This document shows, one piece after another, positions 44,551 to 58,750 of a stretch of 64,000 nt of DNA. The stretch is from Entomortierella parvispora E1425 (taxonomy: Eukaryota > Fungi > Mortierellomycota): the NCBI GenBank assembly GCA_020891255.1, contig BQFW01000015.1, positions 1,178,001 to 1,242,000 of the forward strand, in the 5' to 3' direction. A program made the position numbers and the translations under genes. Positions within the stretch are counted from its first letter, which is position 1. Each line of letters starts with the position of its first letter. Below the pieces are notes generated by a model, which made no database searches, was not told the DNA's origin, and worked only from the letters and a program-made list of their open reading frames with translations.

Positions 44551-47500
44551 TCATGCATGGGGGGCTGCAGTGTCCACCAGGAACAAGTCCATCTGCCGAT
44601 CAAGACCACGGCAAAAGTTGGCCGTCACTCGGTCCTTGATCCTCTTTGGGTTTTCCTTCGTCTTGGGTCTTGATTGTACGCTTCCCATCACCGCGGCGGA
44701 GTCGCTTTTTTCTTGTTCAGGATGTTGCTCGTGTCCCAGGACCAACTGCTGTTTCACCTGCTCAGCATTGAGCGCTTGATCCGTTTCGAGTTGTCGCAGA
44801 AAGGTGCCTTTCAGGTCGATCTCTTCTTCCTCGGGTGCACCTTGCTCACTTTGCTCACTTTGCTCAGATTCCCCTTCCGTCCCTTGCCCTGGTTTGCCTT
44901 GTTTCTGTTTGTCTGCCAATGCGCGTCGTCTTCGTTCCCACAAACGGCATCTGCTTCTTTCGTCCATAAGCCAATTGACATACTCTGTCTCCAGTAGCCG
45001 CCGCTCTAGCTGCTTCAAAAGCTCAAAGGTCACTAGCAGATCGTGTCTCATAATTCCAATTCTGTCACGCTGGAAGATAATCCTGGTGGCCCAACGACGG
45101 TGCTGAGGCAGCAGCCATGGATATCTCGCCATCGAGTTGTTTCCTTCGCCAAATCCATTCAATGGCGAGGACGACGGTGTGGGACTGGCAGCCGGGGACA
45201 ATGTCGCTGTGGTCGCTGCAGATGAGGAAAGAGTCTTTCCAGCGTCCATTTCATCTGCGTCCGAGAACCATTCCAACGGAGGCTTGGACCATGCCCTGAA
45301 CGAATCTCTGACCTCCAAAAAGATCTCAAAGGTCTTGCGATCGATCGTTCGGCCATCTTCAAATCCGTCCAATTCGCCACTCAACATTTGTTCCTCCAAA
45401 TCTCTCAAGAACACTGCCCTTGCTGCCACCCGCACGTTGCGATCGCCTCCAGGATGATTGTCAGAGTCCTTTGTGGAACCAAAGCCTGCCATTCGACTCA
45501 GTGGTTCTGGATAGCCTTGAAGCGGTTCGTATTGATCAGAGACATCATCCCCCCTCAGCTTCCACGCCGAGTTGAGCATCTTTTGACTGTTGAACGCTGC
45601 CCAAATGTTGATCACAGACGAAACCACCAGCACGATAAAGAGGAGTCGAGTGGTGGCCCACCTGCGTTGCTTTTCGTCCTTTGAACGTAGGAGTCCGAAC
45701 AAACCGTTGGACTTTGAAGTCTCAAGTGTACCATCTTTTGTGGAAGTCGGAGTTTCGTCTTTGAGAGCGCTGCGACTTGGTCTTCCCAGAAGTTTTGTAC
45801 GGCTGGCCTTCGAACCAATGGGGACAAACGATGGCTGAGATCCTGTAGGCCAGTGGCCTTGGACCCGTGGGCCCGAATACATGACTCCTCCCGATGCCGC
45901 AGCGCTGACTGTATGACGCCTAAGGCCAGGGCCACGATTCTCCTTGGGTACCTTTAACTGTAGGTCTGTTGCGCTGGTGTTGTTTTGTGGATCCAGCAAA
46001 ATCTTGTGATCGTCGTCCGGTCCGTGCAGAGAGATCATGATTTTGGCCGAGTCGCTTCTGCTGTGCCCATTAGATCCTGATGAACCGTTGACAGCGCCCG
46101 AGTCCAAGGTCACTCCTCCAGCTGAGGGCTGCTCTTGCTGTCGATGATGTTCCAGGTGGAATTGAAGGATCTCCACCAGATCACGAACGGTCTCTGCCGT
46201 GCCCTTGAGAACTGCTCCCTTAATCATGGCTTTGACGAGTGGGTTCTTGTGCCATTCAATGCCACTGGTGCACACCAATTTGCAGCGATCCTTGCTCTCG
46301 TAGGTGATACAATAACGGATGATAGGTGTAAACGCATCGCTGTAGGGCATCGCAAGGACACTCGACTTTACGCTATACGAGTAGCGGAGGTAGTCTTCTT
46401 CGACATCACAGGTTTGCGACTCTACACAGTCCGTGCGGTTTAGTTTTACGATCGGATTGTTGACCACCATGAGAAACTTGACCGTCCTCGTCTTGTGATC
46501 CCCTGATAAAGCCCACTCGCCGATACTTTGAACTAAAACAATGGTATTGATTTTTTCAGTTAATGGATTCCCCTTTTTGTTGGCTCCATGTCCCGGTGAT
46601 TGTATTGTCAAGCAACATCTAGCTTACCAGTATTGTTGCGTCTGTCGTGAAACTCCTTCCACACCGGACTGTCATGACCAAAGAGTAACTGGCTCATCTT
46701 CCTGGCCGAAATATTGAATGTTTGCTCCAATTCGACCTTTTCCAAATGTCCAGGACACTGGCAAGCGACCGGTCCAGAGGGTGCCTCCATGGTCGATGGA
46801 AAGTCTAGAGTGTCAAAGAAAACAGCAAGTTAATTATGATTCTCGATACACTGTAGCACGAAATCTAACCATCGTGATTGGAATCAAAATTACCTTCTTC
46901 CGGGATATCTAGTTCCCTCCATTCCTCATCATCCGTTTGGATAGAGGCAACCTCCGAGTTGGCACCCGAAAGACCTTCGGTCTGGTCGCCTGCGTGGTGA
47001 GTTATCCTTCCATCCCTCGATGTTAGGTGATTGGACTCTGTCTCCGCAAGCGAGCCCGATCCTGCACTTCCCTTTGGTCGGCTAGTGATCAACATAGTTC
47101 TCCTGAACAGTTCCTTCACAGGAAGTCGATCCTTGGCTTGGTGAACGTTGGTCCAGATCAAGTGCAGAACTTGATATTCTGTCTCTGTCAAGGTAAATTG
47201 ACAGAACACATGCTGAACGCCATCCATGGTCTCGATACGCCATTCTGTAGAGATGTCCTTTTGTTCGCACTCGATGCCTCGGATAGCAGAGAATCGATAC
47301 ATCCGCTTTGTTTCCACACTCAGCCCTCTGGCATAAAAGTACATCCCTGATTGAGTCAAGAAAATCCGACCATACACCATAATTGGCTGGCCCGGACGCG
47401 AGTCATCCAGATAGCCGCTGGTCCAAGAATGAAGAACATATTCCTTCGAATGCACCTTTGTTCCATGAAATCGAAGATGAAGTTCACGATTGCGCACAAC

Positions 47501-50500
47501 TAATTCCATCGGATAATGAGGAATTCTAGCCATTAAAGGGAGACAGAGAGAAAACTAAGATTAGTTATCATCTCATGCAATGATGACTTTCTCTCTTTGG
47601 ATGAGCCGCCTAAACATTTGAACATTTACTCCGAGACTGGCAAAGGCGTGGCCCTGGGAACGAGATGAAGTGAGCTGTTCATGAGTTTTTCAATTTCAGA
47701 GAGTTGTTGACTGTGGCCTGATGTTTGATCCGGAGTGCTCTGGTTAGCTTCACTCAAGGATTTCGATCGCGGGTGGGGGATGGTTTCAGTGTCGAGTACT
47801 GGAGGGAGAGGTCCACCGTCCTTTTGTTGCATAAGAGCTGGTAGATTCGTCACTACTGCAAGCGAGGACTTGGAGTCCGGCTTGGCCACATCTGATCCCG
47901 AGGCGTTATTTTCCTCCTCTGTAGTCTGTTTATCCTGATCGGCATCTGTATCTGACGCGTCCTTTGATTCCGTTGCTGAATTTGGTTTTCCTTGGGTTGC
48001 TCCTGATCCAGCATAAGAGCTCAAAAGCAAACTGACTCCAGGAACGCTTGCTGCCCAGCCACCCAAGGACCCTAGGGGTCTTGATTCTTCTGCCTCTCCA
48101 TTGGACTTTGAGAGAACCCCTTCCTGTGAGCCAACAAGGTCCTCCCTCGAGAATGAAAATGATGGGCTGGCGCTGTCCATGACCATTGGTGAGTATGGTT
48201 CCTCAGGCTCAGGTCGCCTAGGAACGTTCTGCTGCATAAAGACGTCCCTCTTGGCCGCCTCAAAGGTGTTGACCCAACTCATTAGATCGTCCTCCGTTTC
48301 TGCCTGGAGTAGATATGATCTAAAATCCAGTTCAATCATGGGATGTCAGTCAGTGACCTTTCCGTTAATTCAAGATTGATATCTTCATGGGTGAAAAGGT
48401 TGAAGCTTACTGTGTTGCGCAGACGACTTCGAAGCAGAATCGCCGCTCCATTTGTACCATGGACAATCCTTGACTTCCTGAGGAGGGGTTTCCACCCCCA
48501 CTCAGGGCTATTGATGAGCTGGAAGTTCCATACCGCACTTCGCATAGCAGAACTGCTATCCGCTCACTCTGCACAACTTGCGAGCCGACCGTTGGGTTGG
48601 ATACAACGCTCTCGAATCCAAATTCGCCTTCCTGAATGAAAAAGTATTTTCGTTGCCAAACAGGAGCCCGGTTTTTGGGCTGAGGGATGCGAATGTTGAG
48701 GTATCCCTGCTTGGTTGTGGGTGTACAATCAGAGTCACCATCCAACGATTGCAGATTTGTAGCTGAGGAAGACGTTGAGTTTGGAAGGCTACGGTTAGGT
48801 GTTGAGTTCGGCAACGGACTGTAGGATCCATTGCCTGATCGGAGTGCGGTCGAGACTGAGAGTAGGTCGGAAGATGACGCCACGTCAAGAGGCGCAGAGA
48901 GTGAGTTGTTGGGCTGCAGTGCCCCCGATGTCGTGACTAGTTGAGGCAATGACGGTTGAGACTGGAATTGCTGCATTTGAAGTGGCGTCCGGGTATTATT
49001 CGAAGAGGAGAATTGGGAAATGGTAGCAGGTCTCGTCATGATGCTGCTGAGAGGAACTTGGCCTGCCATCTGGGCCGCAAACGCCGGACCCAGAGCTGCA
49101 TGCCCTATCGTAGATCGGGGTGTTGGAGCCGCATTGGAGTAACATTTGAGCGAGCGACTGGGCTTCCAATATTCAATGGCGTCTGTCGTGTATCGCTCCT
49201 TGTTCTGTTCCAGTTCCGTTAGAGAAATGGCGCTTGCTTCCTTATGATCCTTCATGTATGTCTTGAGCTGCAATACTTGTAGAGCCATGCTCCCGAAATG
49301 ATCGGCATTTCCCGAGAAATAGTCGTGCTGGGTGGCTATCAAATCCAAGAACTATGATGTTTGAGGTCAAAACCCTGTTCGTTTGGTTTCCGCACAGCTG
49401 ATATGAGGTCTTGCCAGTAGCCAGTACTTACCACACCCAGGATCAGCTGGTCCAATCCATCCTGCAATCGAATGCACAGCATCGAGCATGACATGGCAGC
49501 CTGGATATAGGCCTTGCGGGTATCATAAAGCTGGAACGCCTCTTCTCGGAGGGCGCTGGCCTCCTTTTGTCGACTCTGACCATTGTACTTTGCTAGGGTG
49601 CTCTCGTACTTCTCCAATGCCTTGTCGTAGACCTTTTTGGATTCTTTAAAGTCTTTCAGGTCAGTCTTGAGAAACTCGTCCAAGGGCTTGACAACCTGCT
49701 CTTTCACTTCAGTGATGTATTTGTTCTTCAAGGCCAGAGTAGTACGGAAAGCTCCGCCGACCAGTTTCATAGCTGGAATGGTGTACTGCGAGCCTAGAGA
49801 AGAAGCAACGTGGCGCATGCGCAACAGACATGGTTAGGTCAGTGAGCGGAAAGGGGCGAGAGAAAAGGGACAGGGCCATGGCCATGGCCGTGCCAAGCAA
49901 GGGTTAAAAAGAGTGGGCAATGCAGGGGTTTGATTGCAGGCAAGGTGTCGAATCTGTCGAGTTGGTGGCAAACAATCCGAAGCGAAGGTCCGTGGGGGAG
50001 GACGAAGGAGCGTGACAGAGCAAGAGGAAGCAGAGAAAGGAGCGACTTGTCCTCTCCGGGTCATGAGCAGATCATGAGTCTGCCTGCCTGCCTGCCAGTG
50101 TGTCCGTGGAGGAGGACCGAGGTGAAGGGGAGGAAGCATTCAAGGGCGTTGGGAGAGTCGGAAGTACGAAGAAGGGACTCGAAGGAGAAAACATACTCAG
50201 CATGCCCTGGGACAGCAGCGGGACCTCGGCCCGTTTGTTCAGCAGCGAAGTGACCTCATTAAGTCCTTTTGGGGAAGAAAGAAGAGAGCGGGTCAGTATG
50301 ATGTGAGGAAGGAGAGCAGATCGACATCCCACAAACAAACACGCCGGGGATAAACCTACGACTCCACTCCTCTGTGAACTGGTTCATTGACCGTTGCTGC
50401 GCGAACAAAGAGAAAGAAAGAGAAAGAGAAAGGAGGACTCAGCATCATTTCATGCCAATGAACAACGATACAAACAGCCGGGTAAAGTGGCCAAGCAAGC

Positions 50501-50768
50501 AACGCAGGCGAATCAGAGTGCTCTGGCCATGTCCTTGTGTTGGGCATATGTTCGTATCACTTTAACGCTCTAACAATACCAGTGCAACGAGCCAGCTCTC
50601 AATAAAGAAGACCTGGCCTTCAAACAGCTTGATGTTGGCCCGGAAGTTGGGATTGTCCAGCAATGCATCCTCCAGCGTAATGTTGGCTACCGGGATCATT
50701 GCAGCCACGCCTTCAGCTGCGGTGGGCCCTGGTGGAACCGAGGCTGGGTTGGCGGGGACGGCGGGCAT
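44551..50768 (-). CDS. SIP3/LAM1-like BAR-PH-GRAM-VASt(StART-like) membrane-contact sterol transfer protein, multi-exon
   Basis: BAR start EDALLDNPNFRA, PH KQGYL...WQRKYFFI and ERRFCFEV / YLLQAETEDDLMSWVNTFE, GRAM-like VYGRIFLTQSGMYFY, VASt-like region and a late TM followed by coiled-coil; internal exon boundaries only partly traced. Confidence 0.85.
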
Positions 50769-51531
50769 TATGACCTAATGAGACCTGGGTTGCAAGGGAA
50801 ATGTGCCGTGTGTTGGTGTGTTGAATGGACTGAATGGACTGAATGGAATGGAATGGAATGGAATGGTAGGAGGGATCTCTTGATCGAATGCGTGTAAAGG
50901 AGAAAACGTGTAGAGGGCAAGAGAGAGAAAGCGAGGAGAGGGAGAGCAAAGAGAGCAAGAAGGGAAAGAGGGAAAGAAGAAACAAAAAAAGGACCAATGA
51001 CGTTGCGAGGGATGAGAATGCAATGACGAAGGAGGGAGGGGAGTAAACGAATGGACAAGAGAAGGAGAGAGAGAGAGAAGGAGTGAGAGAGAAGGAAGGG
51101 CAGACAAAAGAAAAGAGAGAAAGAAGAAGAAGAGAAGAAGCGAAAGAAAAGAGATGCGTCCTTGCATGCAAATGAGCGATTCGTGATCCACCCATCTACT
51201 CGTCCTTTTTCTCTTACGCACGTTCACGTCTCCAACGCACGCGGCATGGTCGACTGTTGGTTTACCCCCTGGGGCAGATCAATCCTGGTTTCTGTTTGTC
51301 GTCATGCAGGGACTCGCTCCCTTCTCCCTTCTCTCTTCTCTTTCTTCTCTTCTCTACTCTTCCCACCATCCTACCCCTTCATGCCTCTTTCTCTTTCTCT
51401 TTCTCATCTCTCCCTCCCCCTTTGTTCCCAATATGAAGTGTGTGTGATGTTGCATGCTACGCGTGTTTTTATTTTACTTTCAAACGGTCGTAAGAGGACC
51501 CACCTCCTTTTGTGCCATCCTTCTGTCTTGT

Positions 51532-54500
51532 CTACACCACGTAGAACAGCTCCGAGCGCTGGTACGAGTTCTTCTCGTCATTGTCGATCGACGGGTAGAA
51601 GGGGATCACACCATCCTGCGCACCAATGTACATGTTGTTGTAGATCTTCCAGTAAATCTCGCGCACCTTGCGCGCAGGATGGAACAGTCCTTGGACAACA
51701 TATTGCAGAATCGTTGATGGACCCAACGCCACCGCAAGACCGTCGATGGCATCCATGACCGCGTTAATCACATGGGGGGACGTCTCAAAGATATTTGGCC
51801 ACACGAAGTTCAGCAAATGCAACAGTGCATCCTCGCATCCCAGACCAACGACTCCCAAAGACATGTCTATTCGTAAAGAGGGAAAGGAAAGCGATTAAAC
51901 ATATATTCCCCAAGAACAAGCATCAACGGTATGGGCAAAACGTTTCTTTTTCAACTTACGTTTGACTGTTGTGCATGCTGTTTGACGATGAACCAGATCG
52001 CGATCCATGAGCGCATCTTCCAAGAGCGGCGTTACAGCATAGATGTAGTCCTTGCCCATTTCTCCAATATACTCAAAGACCCAAGCCAAAGACTATCATG
52101 GTAGCAAGTAAACAATAGAGAGTTTGTGAGTAATCATCCTATCCTTTCAATCTTCTATCCAACGGGCATAACTGCAAAAAGTTATCTTTGTTACCTTCAA
52201 TACTCCGTTCTGGACATTGAGTTCGGGTACACGGTATTCGTTCATCAGCGCTGGCAGCACAGTAAAGGGGGCACAAGTCTCGGCAACGATGGCAATGGCA
52301 ACCGTTGTACACACACGATTTTGACGCTCCTGGACCTTCAAGTTATTGAGAAGAGTGGCCAAGACATCCTGAGGTCCAATAGCCTTGGCAATATAACCAA
52401 AAGTGTTGACAGCAGCACGACGGATACCCTTCTTGTGCGCCTTGAGCATATCCAGCAACTCAAAGCATACACGCATCCACTCTCTGGCACTCACAAACTC
52501 AGCTCCACGATCCGCAATACGGCCAACAAGATCAATATTGTTCTCCTGAACCTTTTCGTGTCTGTTCTTCAAAATTGGCGTCAGGCGGGGCAACAGATCC
52601 TTGATGGGCGGCGTCATACTGCTCATACCAATAACGTTCACAATTGCCTTCAGGGCTCCAAGAATAGATCCCAATACCTCAGGATATTCCTCTCCCAGGT
52701 ATTCAAACAAAACGAGACCGAGATGTCCCATGAGCTTTTCCTCCCCGCAAGTCCTCATCACGACAGCAATTCGTGAAATCAAATCTGCTGCTTGTTGACG
52801 GACCTTGGCCGACTTGTTATTCAGGCGCCAAAGAATGGTCGAGGTGATCTGGGGCAAGTAGGCCTTGGAACGATAGCCCAGAGCATTGACAACAGTGCCG
52901 AATCCGTTCAACATGACAATGTCTTCCACGGTTTGTTCCTGGAATGCATACAGAATGCCGTCGATCAAAACCTCCTCCAAACGACCATCGACATCAGCAG
53001 CGCCCAATTGCGAGACCACTTTCTCGATCGTCTCCATTACCATCTTTCTGTAGGGTTCAGATTCGTCCTTGAGGTCCTCCACAATTCTCGACACAATCTC
53101 AGATACGCCGACCTTCTGAGCCAGCTCAACTGTCGTCTCCACCAACTGCTTGTAGTTTCTGCGATCCAGAGCCATACGACGGACCCAAAAGTTCTTGAAG
53201 AACTCTGGCAGGATCTCTTCCTTGATATATTGGGGAGTGACGCCATCCGTGCCTGCGCATTGTTTCACGACCTTGAGCACAATCTTTTTCATCTCCTCGT
53301 CTGGCGACTGAAACTCTCTGATGAGCGTTGGCATCACCTCCTTTGTAAAGTTGTTGGCGTATTCTGCGTCCATCAGAGGGATAATATAACCAATAGCCTT
53401 CAAGAACGCAGCCAGACCCTTTCCACGATGCTGACGAATGCCCTTCCAAAGAGGTTCCAGCACTGAGTCAAAGGATTCAATGCCATAAGGGTGTGCAGCC
53501 TCGGCCAGAGCGGCGATGGCAAGTGATGTGATGGTCCTGACTTTTTGTTGCTCGTCCTAAAAATAGTAGAAGCAAATTCCTTGTTAAAGTCTAGTCCACA
53601 CTGTATTTCTCAGCATTCGAGTTCATGGTGCACCAAATAAACAAACAAAACAATCCTTACCTCGAGACCGCCAGCAATAGCATCCACCAAGTTCTTCAAA
53701 TGAGGAAGAATGGCACATCCCAAGAGAATAGCAATCTGTTGAACAATCTTGATACCAGTGTGTCGTGCCTGCCAAGACTTCTTACTGTTGCACACAGCCT
53801 TCAAGAATGGCAACAGAGCTGGAATTCCAAGAGCAGACGCCACCACAGAAAAGGCTCTTGCAGTGGTGTTTCTCACATATTCGTCAGCGTGATCGATATC
53901 CGGGCGCATGGTGGCAATCATAGTCGCCAATCCAGCAGCCTTACTCAAGTTGCTGATAATCTCTCGACCCTCCACACGGGCGTAGTAGTCCTCATCGATC
54001 AAAAGAGGTTCAATGACGACGAGAATCTTGTGCACAAATGGTCTGACAAGGTCGTCCAGCTTGTACAAAATCCTGTCAATGACCTTAACTAGCAAATGGC
54101 GCTCCTGATCTTCCAGCGTGGGCGACATAAGAAGGGGCAAGATCTGGTTGAAGAGTGGTCCTGGTCCAAAATCACGGGCCTTGTCTGTGATCGTGCGAAG
54201 AGATGCCTTACGCATAGGGGGGGTACCGTTCTTGATCTTAAGCAGGAGACGCATGATCTTGCGCTCCTTGACATCCTCAGCAGACATGGCTGATTCATCC
54301 TTTTCGTCAAGCAGCTTGCCGAAATGCTGCATATCCTCCTGCTTGAAAAACGGAAGGTTTCCACCTCCAGGGACCTCGATCTCTGTAGGGGCAATGCCAT
54401 AGTTCTGCTTGAGGTTCTCGTCCTGCATCATAAAACCATTTCCGGCGTAAGGCGTAGGTGTTGCTGTGAGCTTGCGGCCAGGTGTGCGGATGGGCTGATA

Positions 54501-55629
54501 TGTGGTAGGTTGCTCCAAGATCCTGTAGCCGGTCGTGGGGAACATAGCATCCAAATCTTCGTCTGTAAGAGGTCGGTTGCGAATGTCGATTTCGTGCTCC
54601 CATCTCTGGGCATTCATGGCCTCTGGTGTCATTGGTACTGCCATGTTGGGGGTCATCATACCAGCGCCCATTGGGGTCGCTCCAAACATTCCTGAAGGCG
54701 CAACAGGTGTTTCGTCCCAGCGAGAACGCTTTGATGTTGGTGTTTCCATGACGCCCGAGGCTCTTGGTGTAGCATCCCAAGATGAAGAGCTGCTTGCTAC
54801 AGGTGTCTCATCCCAGCGATTCCTTTTCTTGACGTCTGCCTTTGGAGTCTCCTCCCATCGGTTGGTGGGCGCAGCAACATGATCATCAGGCTCATTCCAT
54901 GACGAAGTGGCGGCGGGGGCAACGACGGGGGTGGCGACATCCCAGCGTCTCTTGCGTCCTGTAGGGGTGGGTGGTGGGGGGGCATCCTGTCCTGTGGACT
55001 TTTGCGCCTCCTTCTTCTTTTCAGCAATCTTCTGCATGACCCGTTGTTGTTCACGTTCGAGCTCAGCCTCCTTCATCACCTCAGCGTAGGATCTCGACTC
55101 TGATCCAGCGTCGCCTTGGTTTTTAGCGAAGGGGTCCTGTCTGGAGGGCGAGAGAACACGGTTGTTGCGGCGCTTGTGGTAATCGTCCTCCCTGTCAGCA
55201 ATCGCCTTTGATCCAGAGCGTCCCGCAAAGGGATCCTCATCCTCGTCATCTACAGAGGCCAAATGAGAGTAGACTTCCTTGGGTGCTGTGTAGGAGGCCA
55301 GTTTCCTGGAGTTTTGGGGCATACGCTGTGCCAAGTCGTCTTCCTCTTCATCGTCATCCATAGGGAGTGATGTCGAATATCCCTCGTACTTGTTTCCGCT
55401 TCCGTAAATGTCAGTATCGTAGCCATGTCCTGTCAACGACACGCGGGTATCTGCACGCTGCGTAGCATTATCTCGGGCACGCTTTTCCTGCTCAGCCTTG
55501 ATCTGTGCACTGATATCTATAGAGACGCAACAGAGGAACAAAAGAGTCAGTCAGTCAGTCAGTCAGTCAGAGTCCATTGAGCATAGATTTAGAGAGTGGA
55601 GCAATGAAGGATGCCTTACCATCAGCCAT
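51532..55629 (-). CDS. SF3B1: U2 snRNP splicing factor SF3B1/Hsh155/Prp10; five exons, first is a 10-nt coding micro-exon
   Basis: RWDETP repeats, [52 protein letters not shown] and HEAT repeats nearly identical to known orthologues. Confidence 0.98.
55545..55570 (-). repeat. (CTGA)6 array in SF3B1 intron 1 branch-point zone
   Basis: Direct reading; 28-53 nt upstream of the 3' splice site of intron 55619-55517. Confidence 0.9.
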
Positions 55630-56723
55630 TATGATTGTGATCTCGAGAGGTCAAGAAAGACAGGTAAAGAGGATTGGGAAGGAGAACAGGGGGCAAAGTG
55701 CAGTGCAAGCTCAGTCTATACAGTCTCTGGAGGGGATGGTCCTGGTCCTTTGCTGACTGGGTAGGTGAGTCCTGTGATGAAAGGAGTGTTGAATGGAGCA
55801 AATCTGTTGATCACTCTCCCTATGTGAAGGACATCCTGGCGGGCGCAGACCCGAGACAGCACAAAATGCGCAGTAATTACGTCATGGAAATGACTTAGTC
55901 GTGTGACTTGCGTAGAGACCGCGTCCTTCAATCCTGAAGAGACTACCAGGTTTGTTCAGAGCGTGGGTCTTTGTCAACCACAGGCTCGTTTATGTAATGC
56001 CTGCACTTCATAGAGTTATGTCGATATAGCACCATCCGAGTCGACTATCATTCCAAATCCTGGTCTTTTTTGAACACAAAATACTCCTTTGGGTTACATC
56101 ATCAAGCGCAATACCACATTATCAGCTGCGATGATCCTGCGTTTGTCTATGGGCAGCAGGCGAGCGAATGTGATCTTCATCCACCAACAACCTGCCAAAG
56201 TCAGCCCCAGTTATTGTACAGTTGAATGCACTTGTAGGGCTAGTAGAGTGGGTTCTCTTTCTGTTATAAAGAAAAGTTGGGTGAAACGCGGATGTCGTTG
56301 ATATACAAAATCGCTGACCATTACCTTGGCGCGACATGAGACCTCGGTGGCTGCAATGAAGAAAGCGTGGCCAGGTCCGAGACCAGAAGCCCCCTTCTAC
56401 CCTTGTCCTTGTGTGATCCTAGGGTATCGGGGTATCGGACCTGGCCTCATTCCAAAGTCTTCCTACCTCGATGTCTGAGCTCTCTCATGGCCCGTCCCGA
56501 GTTCTCGTTACCCTTTTGTTGTCGCCCCTCTTCCTCTCTGTTCGTTTTCACATCCTTCTTTTGTATTGTCCACGCTGCTCTCTGGTCGATTGCCAAGCCT
56601 TTACCTTGCATCCTTCCGCAACAACTCTCTTGGACGACACACCCTCGAACTCTCCCAAAGATTGATTCACTATCGACAGAGTTCTCGTCCTTCATCCTCA
56701 ACTAGCCCTCCACCCACACCAGG

Positions 56724-58433
56724 ATGCGATTGAAATACGCAGCCTCGCTTTTTTTCTTCTCCAGTCTACTGGGGTACATGTTATATCTAGTTTACCACTG
56801 CTTGGCTGCTTGGTACATTTCGTTGATAACATTTTCTGATTTCCTTCTTGTGTCGCGTTATCGCCTCTAGATTTCCTTCAGTCACAGATGCAGCAACCAT
56901 CGAAGGCCGACTGATGGCGGCCACCTTTCGAGGTCGTATTACCCGAGGTAACACACTTTTTTTTTTTTTTTGCCCGAATTTTTTGTTTTGTCCGTTGGGG
57001 ATTGTTAGAATGCGAATGGTTGTCATGATTCGAAATCGCACTGATCTATTGCGATCGTTCATTTTATTTTTACGTAGGCGTGTCAATGAAAACTCGAGTC
57101 ATTCTAAGCGATGGACTCTTCAAGACACACATCAATCATGATGGCACATTTGAATTGTAAATCAAAGAGAAGGAAACAAAAAAGTCGCCTTAATCGGGTC
57201 CATTGGGCCACTCTTTGGAAGGATGTGTTCTAACTTTTGATCACCTCGCTATTCTTATTCTTACATTATACATTACATCTCTAGTACTGACGTGCCTACA
57301 GGAACCTATATTCTTAAAGTGCAAAGTCCACAGCTAGTTTACTCCAAGGTATGAAGGCGGAGAGCCAAGAAATGAAAACAAGGGATTCATGGAAAGAAGA
57401 ATTGAGTACCAACTGCCCTTCCTTGTCCTCCTTAGATTCGGATTGTAGTTACGGGCAATGAGGTGCTAGCCACACGAGTTAGTGTCGGCGATCACTTCTC
57501 GGATAGGCAACAGTACATGCCCTTGCCACTCATACTCCGTCCAAGACCCAGACCTATCCACTACATCGTAAGTGCAAAGAAAAAGAGGGAGACGCGTCTT
57601 TTCCCCGCCACGCTGACATTGTGTAACTGTTGAACTTTATGACCCTAGCCGCCAGAGGGACAGAAGGTTGCAGGCTGGTTCGGAAACCCAATGATCCTCA
57701 TGTCCAGCTTCAGTCTGTTAATGGTAAGGATGGCACACACTGAACAACATGGGGACCAGTCGACATTAAGCTCCTGCCAAACAAAGGCACACAAATTTAA
57801 CACACATATTGTTTGTTTCCTAGTTGTTGCTGATGCCAAAAATAATGGCCAATCTTGGTAAGAAAAGGAAGGATGAAGAGTGCACTATTCATTAATATCA
57901 TCTAACTCGCTCATTCTCTCGGCGGGGGTTTTTTTTGTATCTTCATAGATGCTGATGCGCTGGATGCTCTGCGATCCTCTTATGATTTCGGGTGTCTCCC
58001 ATCTTTGGCACCTTCCCAGGTGGGACAACGCCCGCCAGCGACGGCTCCCCACCATTACAACCCACATTACCAGCACCAGCAGCAGTACCAACAGCACCAA
58101 GATCCCAGTATGGCCTCCAAGGACCCATATTTGGTTGGCGGCAGCAGCAGTGTGGACGATGACAAGAACGAGTTTGGAGATGAGTTCATCACGGGAGTCA
58201 TACCCTCTTGGGGAGAGAAAGGAGTAACCCCTACTACCGCCTCCCAGGCCGGTCCTGGTGCGGGTGGTCCAAGCAACCACCATTACTTACCCCATCACTC
58301 TTATCCTTCTTACCCACACAACCAAACGCAGCCTTCGCAGCTTCCCCATCCTTTCCAGCCACAGCCACAGCCGCAATCGCTCCCTCAACAACAATTCGTC
58401 ATACCCCCTGTTCAGTCGAAAAAGCTCAAGTAG
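56724..58433 (+). CDS. EMC7: ER membrane protein complex subunit 7-like, eight exons, long H/Q/P-rich tail
   Basis: Hand-spliced: signal peptide MRLKYAASLFFFSSLLG, TRVILSDG...HDGTFEFTDVPTGTYILKVQSP, GNPMILMSSFSLLMLLLMPKIMANLD; largely missed by the ORF track because exons are short. Confidence 0.8.
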
Positions 58434-58633
58434 ATAGAGCTCTCTTTCTCTTTTCCTATATCTACTTTTTCTTGCTCGCGATCTCTCCTCCTGTTCCCTT
58501 CTCAATCTCACTTTGCCATTCACCTTACAAAAATAATTTAAATACGGAAATGTAGTGTAAAAAAAGTCAAAAGATTCCAGTATGTTTAATAGATTCACTG
58601 CCATTTCCAATGACCGACGTCGTACGTTCTAGA

Positions 58634-58712
58634 TTAATATCGTCGTTGCTGACTGCTTGGTGGAGGCAAGGCAGGTTGGTTGGGGCGAGGTTGTGGGTGC
58701 TGAGATGACTGG

Positions 58713-58750
<38 letters not shown>

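Noticed and set aside
52126-54092. Long plus-strand ORFs antisense to SF3B1 (and similar ones opposite DDX21, HSPA12-like, F-box genes)
   Set aside because: Shadow ORFs from codon bias of conserved genes; no independent features.
56122-56337. Short ORF with GRLLVDEDHIRSP resembling a SNF2 helicase motif II
   Set aside because: Single weak motif, no neighbouring helicase motifs in any frame I could read.
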